A stretch of DNA of 64,000 bases from Takakia lepidozioides. Lineage: Eukaryota; Plantae; Bryophyta. Of this stretch, positions 1 through 12,790 are shown piece by piece (position 1 is the first letter of the stretch; the number at the start of each line of letters is the position of its first letter). A program made the position numbers and the translations under genes. The notes under the pieces are model-generated. The model was given only the letters and a program-made list of their open reading frames with translations, ran no database searches and had not been told where the DNA came from. The DNA lies in NCBI GenBank assembly GCA_030704615.1, contig CM060731.1, positions 26,660,001 to 26,724,000 of the forward strand, read 5' to 3'.

Positions 1-1500
1 GAAAAAACACTTACATGTTCAACTCAAATAGTCTGCGCCAACGCACACTGTTTGAGCTGCCACTGAATGGTTATTTCATCATCATAAACCTGCCCTGGAA
101 GTCCGAATTTAACACCAAAAAAACAGTGACATGTACAGCTCAGACAGTGTGCGCCAACGCACACTGTTTGAGCTGCCACTGAATGGTTATTTCATCATCA
201 TAAACCTGCCCTGGAAGTCCGAATTTAACACCAAAAAAACAGTGACATGTACAGCTCAAACAGTGTGCGCCAACGCACACTGTTTGAGCTGCCACTGAAT
301 GGTTATTTCATCATCATAAACCTGCCCTGGAAGTCCGAATTTAACACCAAAACAACAGTGACATGTACAGCTCAAACAGTGTGCGCCAACGCACACTGTT
401 TGAGCTGCCACTGAATGGTTATTTCATTATCATAAACCTGCCCTGGAAGTCCGAATTTAACACCAAAAAAACAGTGACATGTACAGCTCAGACAGTGTGC
501 GCCAACGCACACTGTTTGAGCTGCCACTGAATGGTTATTTCATCATCATAAACCTGCCCTGGAAGTCCGAATTTAACACCAAAAAAAAAGTGACATGTAC
601 AGCTCAAACAGTGTGCGGCAACGCACACTGTTTGAGCTGCCACTGAATGGTTATTTCATCCTCAGAAACGTGCCCTAAATGCCGAATTTAAACACCAAAA
701 AAACACTTACATGTTCAGCTCAAACAGTGTGCGCCAACGCACACTGTTTGAGCTGCCACTGAATGGTTATTTCATCCTCAGAAACGTGCCCTAAATGCTG
801 AATTTTAACACCAAAAAAACAGTGACATGTTCAGCTGAAATAGTGTGCGCCAACGCACACTGTTTGAGCTTCCACTGAATGGTTCATCATCATAAACTTG
901 CCCTGGAAGTCCAAATTTAACACCAAAAAAACAGTGACATGTACAGCTCAAACAGTGTGCGCCAACGCACATTGTTTGAGCTGCCACTGAATGGTTATTT
1001 CATCCTCAGAAACGTGCCCTAAATGCCGAATTTTAACACCAAAAAACACTTACATGTTCAGCTCAAACAGTGTGCGCCAACGCACACTGTTTGAGCTGCC
1101 ACTGAATGGTTATTTCATACTCAGAAACCTGCCCTGGAAGTCCAAATTTAACACCAAAAAAATAGTGACATGTACAGCTCAAACAGTGTGCGCCAACGCA
1201 CACTGTTTGAGCTGCCACTGAATGGTTATTTCATCATCATAAACCTGCCCTGGAAGTCCGAATTTAACACCAAAAAAACAGTGACATGTACAGCTCAAAC
1301 AGTGTGCACCAACGCACACTGTTTGAGCTGCCACTGAATGGTTATTTCATCCTCAGAAACGTGCCCTAAATGCCGAATTTTAACACCAAAAAAACACTTA
1401 CATGTTCAGCTCAAACAGTGTGCGCCAACGCACACTGTTTGAGCTGCCACTGAATGGTTATTCCATCATCAGAAACATGCCCTAAAGGGCGAATTCGACA
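1..1500. repeat. Tandem array of ~13 copies of a ~116-bp unit, each containing an 18-bp-stem palindrome
   Basis: 'cagtgac' recurs at 124, 240 and 356 (period 116). Each unit holds cagctcaaacagtgtgcg-ccaa-cgcacactgtttgagctg. Two linker variants alternate. The array runs off the left edge of the window. Confidence 0.95.
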
Positions 1501-1776
1501 CGGAGAAAACCGTGACATGTAGAGCTCAAAAGGGTTCTGTCGTCTTGACATACATATCTTGGAAAACCGATATCCAGGGAAACAGCAGTGAAATGTTCAG
1601 CTCAACTCACACTGTTTGAGGTTGGAATTTGGGTTGTGTTGAACCTGCTGTAGTGCCCAAGTTTGGGCGTTTCGCACCTGAACAATCAAGCAAATTGGTA
1701 GGCCGCACACCGTTTGGGCTTCCAGTTTGCGGTGCTTTCAGCGTGGTGCAGATGTCCTGTGTGGGCTATATTCATA

Positions 1777-2304
1777 TCAGCAACGAAACAGAGATGTGGG
1801 TCTTAAGAATTTCACCTTTTTCTTGGCTGCTCCAGAAGACTCCCCAATTGCTGGGGACCCTTTGCGCTTCGGGCTGCTCTCTGTGCCGAGCGTGTACGTG
1901 AGCCTCTCCCCCTTCCTCTTTCCCGCAGGCAGACTCCTCGTGAGGCCACCTTCAACATCCTCTTCCATCTCGTCTGTCTCTCCCTCAGATGCGGTGTCCT
2001 CTTCATCTGTCCTTGGAACTATGGCGGGCTGCTGTTCTTCTGCTGATTCCTGCTCCTCCATCGCCACACTTTCCTCTACTCCCTCTTCTACCTCATTTTC
2101 CTCTTCGTCCACTCTTTCCATCCTCATTCTATCTCTGGCTCTATTCCTGTTTCTAGAGCTCGTGAAGTATAGTGACTTCCTTCTCTTCCTCCTACGCTGG
2201 AAACAAGGGCTCCCCACGATGCCTCTAGAGCTCTCCAGTTTGACGTTTGTAACAAGTGCTGCTATGGCATGTAACCAAAATCGAAATTGGACGTTATCAA
2301 CCAT
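1777..2304 (-). other. Acidic/basic low-complexity ORF, possible accessory gene of the adjacent Mutator-like element
   Basis: E-rich tract and K/R clusters; divergent from the transposase and lying between it and the hairpin array. No recognisable domain. Confidence 0.3.
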
Positions 2305-3062
2305 ATTTGGATGCGGGTGTTGTTATTGTGTGCGAACGGAATTCATCCATTCCGTCGTCTCCGTATTATCCAAGCAATAAAGCGCAAGAAAAAAAGTACA
2401 TCCGTTGCATGCACTAGCGATATATGTCACATGTACTGCGCCGCCTGCCAATACACCGCGGCCTTCTTGCTTTCTTTCAAATTCGGATGTGCCGTAGAAA
2501 TCTAATGCTAGTTCATTTTCGAGCAGTTCTTGCAGATCCGCAATAATTGTTATGCTTCACATATGCATCCACGTGTGTTGTACTGCCTACCCTGTGGTTT
2601 GCAGTTTACCGTTACCGTCGCCATGGGGTCATTCGGCATAAAGGGTTCTGTCGGATACGACCATGTCTGGCACGCATTCGTGCGAGGTATCTTCTGCAGT
2701 GTCAGTGTTTGTGTTGTGCTCTTCTGGCACAGCACAACCTCATGACATTTGTGGTCTTCCTGTTTACTGCTCTCCAGGGTTGTTGCCGTCTTTTCATAAT
2801 GGATGGTTTCATGTCGTTTTCAATGTTTGTTTTCATCCATAAACAGCACGGCTTCTTGTAGTATTTGAAAACAGTTTTTCTGGTTAGTGCCTCTTGGCGT
2901 TGTTGTTTCCGAAGTGAAGGTGCATCTCATCCCTACATCCTTTGCATGCATCACCTGCAACCTTTGGATTGCAGCTAGCCTTGTTGACCTCGGTTTGCTT
3001 GTCTTAATTCCCCTTTCGGTAATTGCGGGCTATCAGTTTGAGGATTCCGCAACTTTCGTTCA

Positions 3063-5467
3063 GTGAGGGAAAACATGTCGAGGGAGCGAGATACACTTGC
3101 TCGATTCCATTCCAATGCAGGTACTCTTCCACTAACTGCCACTGCAGACGACGATGGGTTTGCAGTTGTTCATGAGGATGAGCTGGTTACAGTGTTCCCG
3201 CTGGAGTTGGGTTCTCTCCTTGTTCAAAAAGAGGTGTATGACGAGGATGGGAATTTGGATTCTGGGCACTTGGAGAAACCATTGGTTGGCAAGTGTGGAA
3301 GGAAGTGGAGAGTCCTTCCAGGCACATACCGTGTCCTTGGAAAAGAGAGAAGACAATCAGAAGGATCGGTCGTTACCCCTGGCACTGCAGCATCGGTCGT
3401 GCAACAGAAGGGCACAGTTCCTGTGAAACAAGAGGTGAGCACATCCACTACCTTCGTGACTCTTTCAGACTCGTCCTCGGAGGATGTTTCTGAGATTCCT
3501 CCGCCAGTGCAGACTCCGTCATTGGATGATGACGAATTGCAAGAGATAACGAGTGTCATTCCAAAATTGAAAGCCCTCGCAGGTGTGCCTGGGTGCAAGA
3601 GCGAGCTGCGTTTTGTTGACTGGGAGTCCCTTCCTGTGCAACGGGTTCAATACGTGCCAGCACAGTTTGATGGGGACATCCTGTTTGAGCTCAACCCTCC
3701 CACCTCTTCCACTGGACTGGCTGGGCTTTTATAGGGCATGGACAAGAAACATGACGGACATCCTTGGTGCAGGACAAAAACGTCGAACATCCATAACGAC
3801 ATTGGCTTGAAATTTCGGAGGTCAGTCTGCGTTGGGCATTGTAAGTGCCAGAATATTTCTTGCCCTCGCCTGAGAAACAGCGCTCAACCAAACGAAAGTG
3901 AGTGGGAAGGTGTGCCCCTGAATCCTTTCACCCCAGGGCTTGCCCCTCCCAGGACCAATACTTTCGTGTGCAGGTTCTGCAAACTTTCCCCGTCCTGTGT
4001 TTCTGTGTGCCACGCTCGTATGTATCAGGTGGCACACCGATGCAAGACAATGACTCGTGCCTGCATTCATATGGGTGCACACGAGCATCCTGTGTCCAAA
4101 GGAAGTTGCAGGGATAGCGTGGACATCGCTAGAAATCTGCTGAAGCAGGAGTTCCACAATGCCCCTTGTGCAACACCTTCTGCTATAGCGCTTGCAGCTA
4201 GCAAGGCATTCATGGAGAAACACATACTGGGTGAAGGGGATGCGACAGAACTTATGTTGGATGCAGATTCGCTTAATGCAGTCATGGACCATTTCTCCGT
4301 GTTGAGCTCTCCCAATATTCGAAACCAGGTGAATGCACTCAGAATGGGCACAGGCACTGCTGGATTCATGGACAACATTATGGACCTGAAACGGAGGAGT
4401 CGCTATGAATTCATTCAAAACAGTATCTTCCCTGGCCAGGGCTCGTCCAAGGTGTATTTGTTCAAGATGTCCGCTGTGGGCGAAGGCAGTGGTGTGAGCA
4501 TTGTCCGCCGTATGCAACCAGGAGGAGATTTGGCTAAATGTTGGTTAATGTTTGATCACTGCAAACGGGTGAAGGGTTGGACAACCATGGCGTGCCATGT
4601 GTATGATCCGGCGTACCAGCGTGTGCTCTCCATAGCAATTTGTGATATGCAGTCGGAGGACACTGAATCCCAAATGCTCATGTGGAATTCGCTCTTGGCC
4701 GTCATGTAGCGCAATGGAATACAAAACACAAATTTTGCGGGCTTCATGGTTGATAGTGCACAGGCAAATTTCAATGCAGTGCGACGCGTGTTTGGTTCGG
4801 GGGATCCTAAGGTCCCAATGGAAAATAGGGAGCGCACATGTCTCTTCCATTGGACTCAATCTCTGGCACGTCATACAAAGCGCTGCATTCGCCCTGACCT
4901 GCAGTTGGAGCACAGAAGGCTCTGTCTCAAGTACAAGAATGCCACCTCAATGGGAGAAGCTGAGAGCACTTACCAGGCAATCCGGGCTTGGTGGTTCTCC
5001 TCTGGTGCTGCAACAGGTACCCACGTAAAGGAGTTGGAGGACTGGTTGGTTTTCTGGCACTTCAGGTACAGACAGTGGGGAGCTTTCATGACGACGGTAA
5101 GCCTCTTCAATCCCAAAAACAGAAATTTTGCATCGTGCCTGTTCATTTGGGGTTCTTCGATTGTCACTTGAAGAACCTCTACCATTTGTTTTCGTTCCTG
5201 ACATATCCATGCAATGCCTCTTGCAGGACATGTCCTTGGAGGACTTGGCCGACATGCCATCCTGTAATTTGGCGGAGACTGTTCACAACGCCTGGATGCA
5301 GCAGTCTACCAAAGCAGGTCGTGACTTGTATGTGGCCACTGCTGATGACATGGTGCGTGCACTTACACAACAAACCAGGTACCGCAATTTTCTGATGGGA
5401 CGGGGTGGAGGCAAGGGCCCTGATACGACTTTGTTGATGCTAAGGGCTGCGAGTAGGTCCGGAGTCC
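3063..5467 (+). pseudogene. Mutator-like (MULE) DDE transposase with N-terminal GCM/WRKY-type zinc domain, disrupted and truncated by the gap
   Basis: One reading frame with in-frame TAG stops at 3732 and 4707. Motifs: DGHPW...CVGHCKCQNISC...CRFC...C...HMGAHEHP, then WLMFDH, GFMVDSAQAN, CLFHW and NLAETVHNAW. A phase-0 GT-AG intron (5097-5226) joins the catalytic E exon. Confidence 0.8.
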
Positions 5468-5967
5468 NNNNNNNNNNNNNNNNNNNNNNNNNNNNNNNNN
5501 NNNNNNNNNNNNNNNNNNNNNNNNNNNNNNNNNNNNNNNNNNNNNNNNNNNNNNNNNNNNNNNNNNNNNNNNNNNNNNNNNNNNNNNNNNNNNNNNNNNN
5601 NNNNNNNNNNNNNNNNNNNNNNNNNNNNNNNNNNNNNNNNNNNNNNNNNNNNNNNNNNNNNNNNNNNNNNNNNNNNNNNNNNNNNNNNNNNNNNNNNNNN
5701 NNNNNNNNNNNNNNNNNNNNNNNNNNNNNNNNNNNNNNNNNNNNNNNNNNNNNNNNNNNNNNNNNNNNNNNNNNNNNNNNNNNNNNNNNNNNNNNNNNNN
5801 NNNNNNNNNNNNNNNNNNNNNNNNNNNNNNNNNNNNNNNNNNNNNNNNNNNNNNNNNNNNNNNNNNNNNNNNNNNNNNNNNNNNNNNNNNNNNNNNNNNN
5901 NNNNNNNNNNNNNNNNNNNNNNNNNNNNNNNNNNNNNNNNNNNNNNNNNNNNNNNNNNNNNNNNNNN
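5468..5967. other. Assembly gap (500 N)
   Basis: Run of N. Confidence 1.
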
Positions 5968-6615
5968 CGCATTGGTGTGGACGACGAAAACGTGAAGATT
6001 TCCATATTCGATGGTGGTATGATTGAAGGGCAGGACATTGTGGTGAACATCACTAGGGGCGGTACAACGGCTGCAATCGACTTTACATGGAGGAGCCCCA
6101 GGACTCATGAGCTAGTTCTGAGAGCAGTCGAAGTCCCATTGACAACGTGACTTGTATTCAGTAGGCACAGGGCTCAAGATTTGAGGGCACAATCAGCACA
6201 GTAGACGTGCTTCAAATGCAATTCATGTGGATCAATAAAAACCTCATTGTGCCCTCTTTTTATTCTATTCTGTGTCCATTGTTCCGAGAATGCGTCATTG
6301 CTCATTTCGTTTGGGATTGGGAGTGTGGGTGAATTTTGCAAATGGCTGGTAGGCTGAAACGGGCCCCCATTGTACAGAGCAGTACCACCCTACCATTCGC
6401 GAAACATTGCCTTTCAATATATAATTCTAAATAACATTGCCGAACCTCCTTCATCGGGAGGTCCTTCTCCCCCTATGACCGTGGCACCCTAAACCCTATT
6501 CCCGCGGACACTCATTTCCGGAAAATAGTGCTGCTCATGTTTTTTTCCACACTTACGACTCTGCTCATGGCTCATGCCGCTCATGGCTCATGGCTCATGA
6601 AATAGCAGCCCCCCC
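5968..6615. mobile_element. Terminus of a DNA transposon-like element inserted into a gag-like ORF
   Basis: ORF tail ends at 6150, then AATAAA, (ctcatgg)n subterminal repeats and a tagcagccccccc end followed by TTA. It truncates the gag-like ORF. Related G-run/gctagt/gtgagc termini occur at ~29813 and ~31004. Confidence 0.4.
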
Positions 6616-7290
6616 TTAGTGGAAGTGGCATTAGCCGCCTTCAACAAGTCTTTCAGCGTCCTGCCAAACTGCGCCAACAACCCTTCCCAAAAGGCTGCTG
6701 GCATGGGAGGCATCTGTTGGTCGGTCGGAGCTCTCAGGGATTCCTCGGGCTCCGTCTCCTTGGATTCCTCCGGCTCTTGAGCGGCCTCGTTTTCGAAAAC
6801 ATGCATCGCTTCCTCAAATGGCCGCCTCGGTGACACGTTGCCCCCATCGGGCTCACCAGGATCATCATCTTTTGGGCCGTTCCGCTTTCGCTTTGGCTTG
6901 CCCGACCCCATGATGAGGCCAATCCCAAGGACGATCACGTACTGAACTCTAGGCTCTGATACCAAGCGCCGCGCACCTCACTTTGGTAAGCTCCCCTTCA
7001 AGTCATAGTTACTCGCTTTGATGCGCGCGCCTAACTCCCAACCTGGCCGCCGGGCCAACTTGGAGCTTCGGCTGCTCACCGGGGCATAACGGTCCCCCTT
7101 TGATCTCCCAAAGAACCCTCCATCGATTTGGAACCAGCGGGAATTCCCTTTGGTAGTTGGCAATCTGGAACAGCTCCCCACTCTTTGGTCGCTTTCCGGC
7201 TCGCTCGCTTACTCACTAGTTTTTGGTCACCAACGGGCTTGCACCGTTCTCGGGGTTACTACTCCCTATATATACTTCTGTAGCTGTCCG
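6616..7290 (-). mobile_element. LTR retrotransposon 5' remnant: part of LTR, tRNA-iMet primer-binding site and start of gag-like ORF
   Basis: TGGTATCAGAGC on the minus strand (6953-6964), followed by ORF MGSGKPKRKR...; TATA-like gtatatataggg at ~7264-7274. The canonical CA LTR end is not seen. Confidence 0.6.
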
Positions 7291-10200
7291 CGGGGGTTTC
7301 ACAACCAGCCATGCCATTTTATGGCGAACCACCACGAAAATCCTCGACTACACTTGCGAGGAGCGTGGATGAATTTAGTACGATGCGTTCGTTCGGTGGA
7401 CGTATTCAATGCGATGACGGCGGATAGTTGGCGCCTGTGAAATCGCGCCACGTTGGCAGTATCATGCCCGCTTTCCCCCTTTTACTTCTACTTTCTTCTC
7501 ATGTTCCCTGTGCGATCGACTCCATTCTCTTCGCGCCTGTATCTTCGCACAGTTTTGCACAGTTTTGTTTTCCTCTTTGCGTTTCCATCACCGTAACGAA
7601 AGACGACCGTTCTTCCCCAGGTGTGGAGAGTCGCGGTGAGCCGCGAAGCGTCGCAAACACGCTCGCCTTCGTAACAACTCGAAGTTCATCTGCTCGGTGA
7701 GGTTCTCACTTGCTGCAGTGTTTCCATTCCATTTTGTGTCCTCTTCTTGCTTAGGGTCAGTCTTTTCATAGGACTTCTATCTGTCGCTCATTGTCCTTGC
7801 ACCTTCGTTTCATTCTGCAGCGATGGAGGATGCTTGTGAAAAGGGTGGAGCGGACTGGGTGGATTTTGTGCACCAAACCAGACTGAAGAAGGCGCGAAGG
7901 TACTGGTACTCACCAGACGAGTTTGATCATAAAATAGTGGAAGCATTTGTAGACCTCCGCACCCGGAAGCCCAAAAACTCGAATTGGCAGAAGGACAAGC
8001 TCTTCTGTCCCTTCTGTGAAGAGGTAATCAAGGACAAAATCCAACTAAATCGGCATTGTATTGACACGGGTACTGTTGCAATGATTCCACGGGATTTCAA
8101 GCCTTGGCCGATACTGAAAGAAATGTCGATTGTCAAAGAGGCCACAATGCGCTTGCGCGGATCAGTGCTTGACCCCCGCACTTTGGAATTAGACGAAGTG
8201 CGCGCACGGTATGGCGTCCATTGTGGTGGCCCGTCAATGGAGGATTTGCAAGTGCAGGGAACGCTGGACGCTCCTAGAAAACATAAACTGAGTGATGGGG
8301 CCCAAAAAACGGAGAGGCAAAAAAAGGAGAAGGCTGCAAGGTCTGCTCACGAGGCAAGGGCAAAATCCACGCAACAGACTGAACCCCGTCCTGGGCGGCA
8401 GACCCACACCATCAGTACTGATACTGAAAGTGAATCTGCTCAGGGCCTAGAAGGGATGACAAGTCCAGTGGACATTGACTTGCCTGATCAGACTCGGCAG
8501 CAGCCTCACACAAATATCGCGACCCATGCCATCGGTTTAGGGTCAAAACCAAAAACTCAACAGAGCACTGAAGGGCCAGTCTGCCCTGGCACATTGCGCC
8601 TCATTGACTTTGGGCTTTTCCCACCAGAGTGCCCACCAATTGGGGATCCAGACTTCTTCCGTTATTTCTACAAAGTTGCCCAGTCAGGTCTGCTACGCAC
8701 ATTCATCCGACAGGCGGAACAGAACTGGTTGAACAGCTTTGAAGATGAAGATGACGATGATAAAGTAGAGGAGGTAATGGTCAGTCTGACCGCCCAGTCT
8801 GTTCTCTGTGCTGTTTGAGTCCATCATCGGGGTCACGTTGCCTATTCAGTCTGGTCGGTCCGCTGCGTTCTCTCCTCAGTCCGCTGGCTCACTCCGCTCG
8901 TCAGTTAGTCTGTTTTATATCACTGAATTACTTACTGAGTCCGTTTGTCAGTCCGCTGGTCCAGTCCACTGGTATAGTCTACTAGTTGCCTCCACCCTAC
9001 GTACGCACGTTACAGTCTGCTAGTCTGTGAGTCCAGTCCGCTGCATGAGGTGAATATAGAGTCCACGTCCATGTTCCTGACGTCGAAGTTCTCTGCCGTG
9101 TACCAGGATGAACGTGTTTCTATTCGTAGGGCCATTCAGGCTTGGCGGATACCTAGCAATGATGCTCCTTTACAAGCGACTGCAGTGCGTGCGGAAGTGG
9201 ACCGCGTGCGAGAGTACATATTATTGAAGTATCCTAGGTCATCTGTTGCTATAGCGGCATTACATATTCAAGACGCGTCGGGGGGGAATGCGTCTGGGAC
9301 AGCCGAGTCTGCCATCCAGCAGACTCCCATTCAGCAGGCCGTCATCCAGCAGACTCCCGTTCAGCAGCCTGTCATCCAGCAGACTCCAACGGAGCAGACT
9401 CCCAACGAGCAGCCTGTCATCATGCAGACTCCTCTCCAGGAGCCCATCATGCAGCCCATGCCAATGGGAAGTCCTGTCATCCAACAGACTGCAGACCAGC
9501 AGACTGCCTTTCTCTCACATGGCACGGCGCTTTTTGCAGTTTGGTGATCGTCATCACCGGTAATTCGACCCGGAGCTGAAGACCTCACATTTTCCCGGCT
9601 TAGGGTGGGAGAAATTAATCCCCATTTGGATTGGCATAATGAGCTCTACCGGATTGTTGCGGACCGCCGGTGGTCATTTGTACCCTTTCATTATTCCATG
9701 GAGTTTTCTATTGAGGAAGCCAACCATGTTCTAGAAGCCGCCTCTGTTGTTGCCATTGAAGCCACAAGCGACCAAAATGCGTCGCCTCTACTTGTGCAGC
9801 TAATTCTCATGGATGACCCACGGCCTGAAGACCTCAGACATATGCCTATAGCACATCCAACCTTTGGGGTGCGAAGAAAGCACTTGTTCGGATTGACTGA
9901 GGAGGACTTTGAGCGCATGACAGCTTCCTTCCTACAACACAGATGGATGTAATTTGGCAATTTCCGCTCATACAACAAGTTGATGAAGGATCTGCATAGT
10001 TTGAGGATGGACTTACTCCATGGAACAGACCATTCACAGAAGTTTGTGGTGGATGACACATTGCACTGGTTTGCATTGGTGATGGAGCGAGCAGTATTCG
10101 ACATTGTTTTGCAGAATCCCAATGTCTTCAAAGTCCTGTGGTGTGGGATCCCAATTGAAGACCGCATCGGCGCCATTTGCTCATCTCGATGGAGCATGCC

Positions 10201-12790
10201 TGTGCCGGCAAATCAAGGACATTGGCCTCGTCGGAAATCTCTTGGAAGGTAAAATGTTGTGGGCAACTTTCGTGTTTCAGCTCAATTTCTTTTGCCAACT
10301 TTTTTATAAGTTCACATTTGCATAAACATGTGTTGCAGGGCGAGTTGATCTGGGAGACAAGCAAGTGCAGGCTGCTTTCGACTCTTTTGCCAGAGGTGCA
10401 AGGGACCTTGTCCTGGCTTTACAAGGAGTTCGGGAGACTGTCCAGCAGACTGGCCACAAGAATGTCGAACAACATATTCCCCACGACACATGTGGGCAGA
10501 CTGCCCAAGTGCTGGAGACCGAGCATGTGCACCAGACCGTCCCGGGTAATAGGCCAGATCACTCCCAGCAGACTGCCCCGCACACACATACTCAGTATGT
10601 GCAAACAGTACTGAGCGGGCAGCGAACTTTGCAGACTTTGTAGCAGACCAGAGAACAGACCGGCCAACAGACTGCCCCTCAGCCGACTGTGCAGCAGACC
10701 AGCGAACATGGCCACCAGACTGCCCCTCAGCAAACTGTACAGCAGACCGACGAATCCAGCCAGCAGATTGCCCCTCAGCAGACCGTGCAGCAGACCGACG
10801 AATCCAGCCAGCAGATTGCCCCTCAGCAGACTGTGCAGCACACTGGCGAACCCACTCAGCAGATGGCCGAGTAGACTATCCAGGAGACTAATAGCCAGTC
10901 TGTTCCCTGGATTGTGTAACAGACGCGGATGCACTGGCCTCACCGGGACCCTGTGGACGAATTTCTGCTGAGTTCCCAACAACATGTTTTTGGATCTGCC
11001 AGTATGAGTGTTTTGACCGAGTCCACTTTTCCCCCAGGCACATTCACTGACGACGTCATCAGGTCACCGGTAAAGCATTCTTATCCAGCTCCCCGTGGCC
11101 TGCCTTCTATGACCTTCCAGGTTAGTCCCGTTTTCGTGCGCTCAGTGGCGAAAGCCATAGATGAGTCTTACTTGATGACCGAACTCAATCTGGGAACGCA
11201 AAACCGTATCATAGATCTTACAGAAGAGTCTGAGGAAGCAATTGCCGGTGGGTCTTCCATACATGTTCTTGATGTTTCCAAAGTCCATGGAGATCCGAAC
11301 ACCCAGCCGACTGTCCACCAGACTGACCAGCATACTGAACAGTGGACACACGGAAGGACTGCCGAGCAACCTATGGCGGGGTAGCATACTGTCTTCATTG
11401 ATGAGCAGACTGAATCGCAGACTAACCAGCAGACTGCACAGGTCACAGATGGAAGGACTGACCAGGATGGCTCGGAGCGGCAGACTGCATAGCTCAGCTT
11501 TGACTGCACAGTTCAGATTGCACGACCTGACCAGCACACTGCACACTTCACATAGGGAAGGAGTGACGACCAACCTGCCACCGAGCACATTGCCCACATT
11601 GAGGAAGAGACTGAACCGCAGAGTTGCCAGCAGACTGCACAGTTCACAGATGAAAGGACTGACGAAGAACCGGCGGCCGAGTAGACTGCCCACATTGAGC
11701 AACAGACTGAACATGCTGGCAGGCACACTGACAAGGAACCACATGCGGCGCAAACACCGTCTGGTATAGCGCTGGATTACATGGAGTCTGCTCCCTCACC
11801 CCTTGGGCAGGTTGTGCCATTTCCTCTTTCAGCACTGTTGTTTATGTTTTAGCACATTGTGAAATTGGGCTAATTCGACATTTTGCTCGGTATCCTCACA
11901 GGATGTTCGTCCCTCCGTCGGCAGACTGTCTACTTCTGAGGACATGTGTCACGGCCCTTTGCCTTGAGGGCAGGGGGTCGGGACACATGAGGGGCTGCCC
12001 CTGTGGTGGGGGCAGCGACAACAATAGGTATGGGGGGCTGAAGCACCCTTGAGTGCCCAAGGCACTCAAGGAGGCGGAGGCGCTCACTAGGTGGAGCCCC
12101 GCACACCGGGTTGCGGTGGGGGTGGCTCCACAAGGGGTGGTGGTAGCTTAGCGGGACTTAGTGGGGGTGGCATAGGACTCACCATGGGGGCGGAGACCTC
12201 GTGGAAGGAGTCGTGGGGAGTCTTGGGACTCATCACGGTCCGCATGCCCGTATGCGCGGTCCATCGTGCCTCCATCCAGCACATTCTGTAAATGATGAAT
12301 GACCAAGACCCCGATGTCACACCGTTCTGAGAAGCCACTACGCGCGCTCACAATATACGAAGGCCTTGCCGTGTCAGGATTTCCATTCCCACGTCCCACC
12401 ATGTCCGACGCAGCACTTGCATCCTTGTCTCTGCCAGGTGGAGGCAACACGTATTAAAATATCTATTCCCCCAAGGCCACATTTTGTTTACCTCTTTTTG
12501 TGAAAGCCACGTCAGCAAATGTGCTGCCGAGTCATGGGTGCAATGAATGCGCAGTGGTTCATGGAGTCGTTGAGTCGACTACATATTCACTTTAATGAAT
12601 AAATATCTTTATTCCATTAATTGAATTAGGAAAGAAAATTTGTAGTCGCATGTGCAGTAATTACAATCACTTGTAATTTTGGCTTTTTCAAATTTTATGT
12701 ATTTACGCAATTCGTAAAATAGCCCGGAATTCTGCTACGACTCCGGAGTCGTTGACCCCACTTCTGTCCGCCGTCTGAAATGCCCCCGTG
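7288..12790 (+). mobile_element. ~5.5-kb insertion with imperfect G-rich terminal inverted repeats, carrying a decayed multi-exon gene
   Basis: Left end ccgcgggggtttcacaac versus right end (reverse complement) ccacgggggcatttcagac. It splits the putative LTR. No clear TSD. Confidence 0.45.
7823..12456 (+). pseudogene. Unknown multi-exon protein with CxxC..H zinc-finger-like motif and Q/T/P-rich repeats, disrupted
   Basis: 331-aa first exon (FCPFCEEVIKDKIQLNRHC). ORFs at 9050, 9605 and 9980 share one frame separated by single stops. Plausible introns ~8774-9106, 10249-10338 and ~11764-11901. QQTP/QQTV repeats at 9310-9510 and 10440-11760. Confidence 0.6.

Noticed and set aside
1-1500. CRISPR-like array of palindromic repeats
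   Set aside because: The intervening sequences are near-identical (two variants) rather than unique spacers, there are no cas genes, and the context is eukaryotic.
5128-6150. Long ORFs spanning 5.1-6.1 kb
   Set aside because: Artefacts of translating through the N gap; continuity across the gap is unknown.
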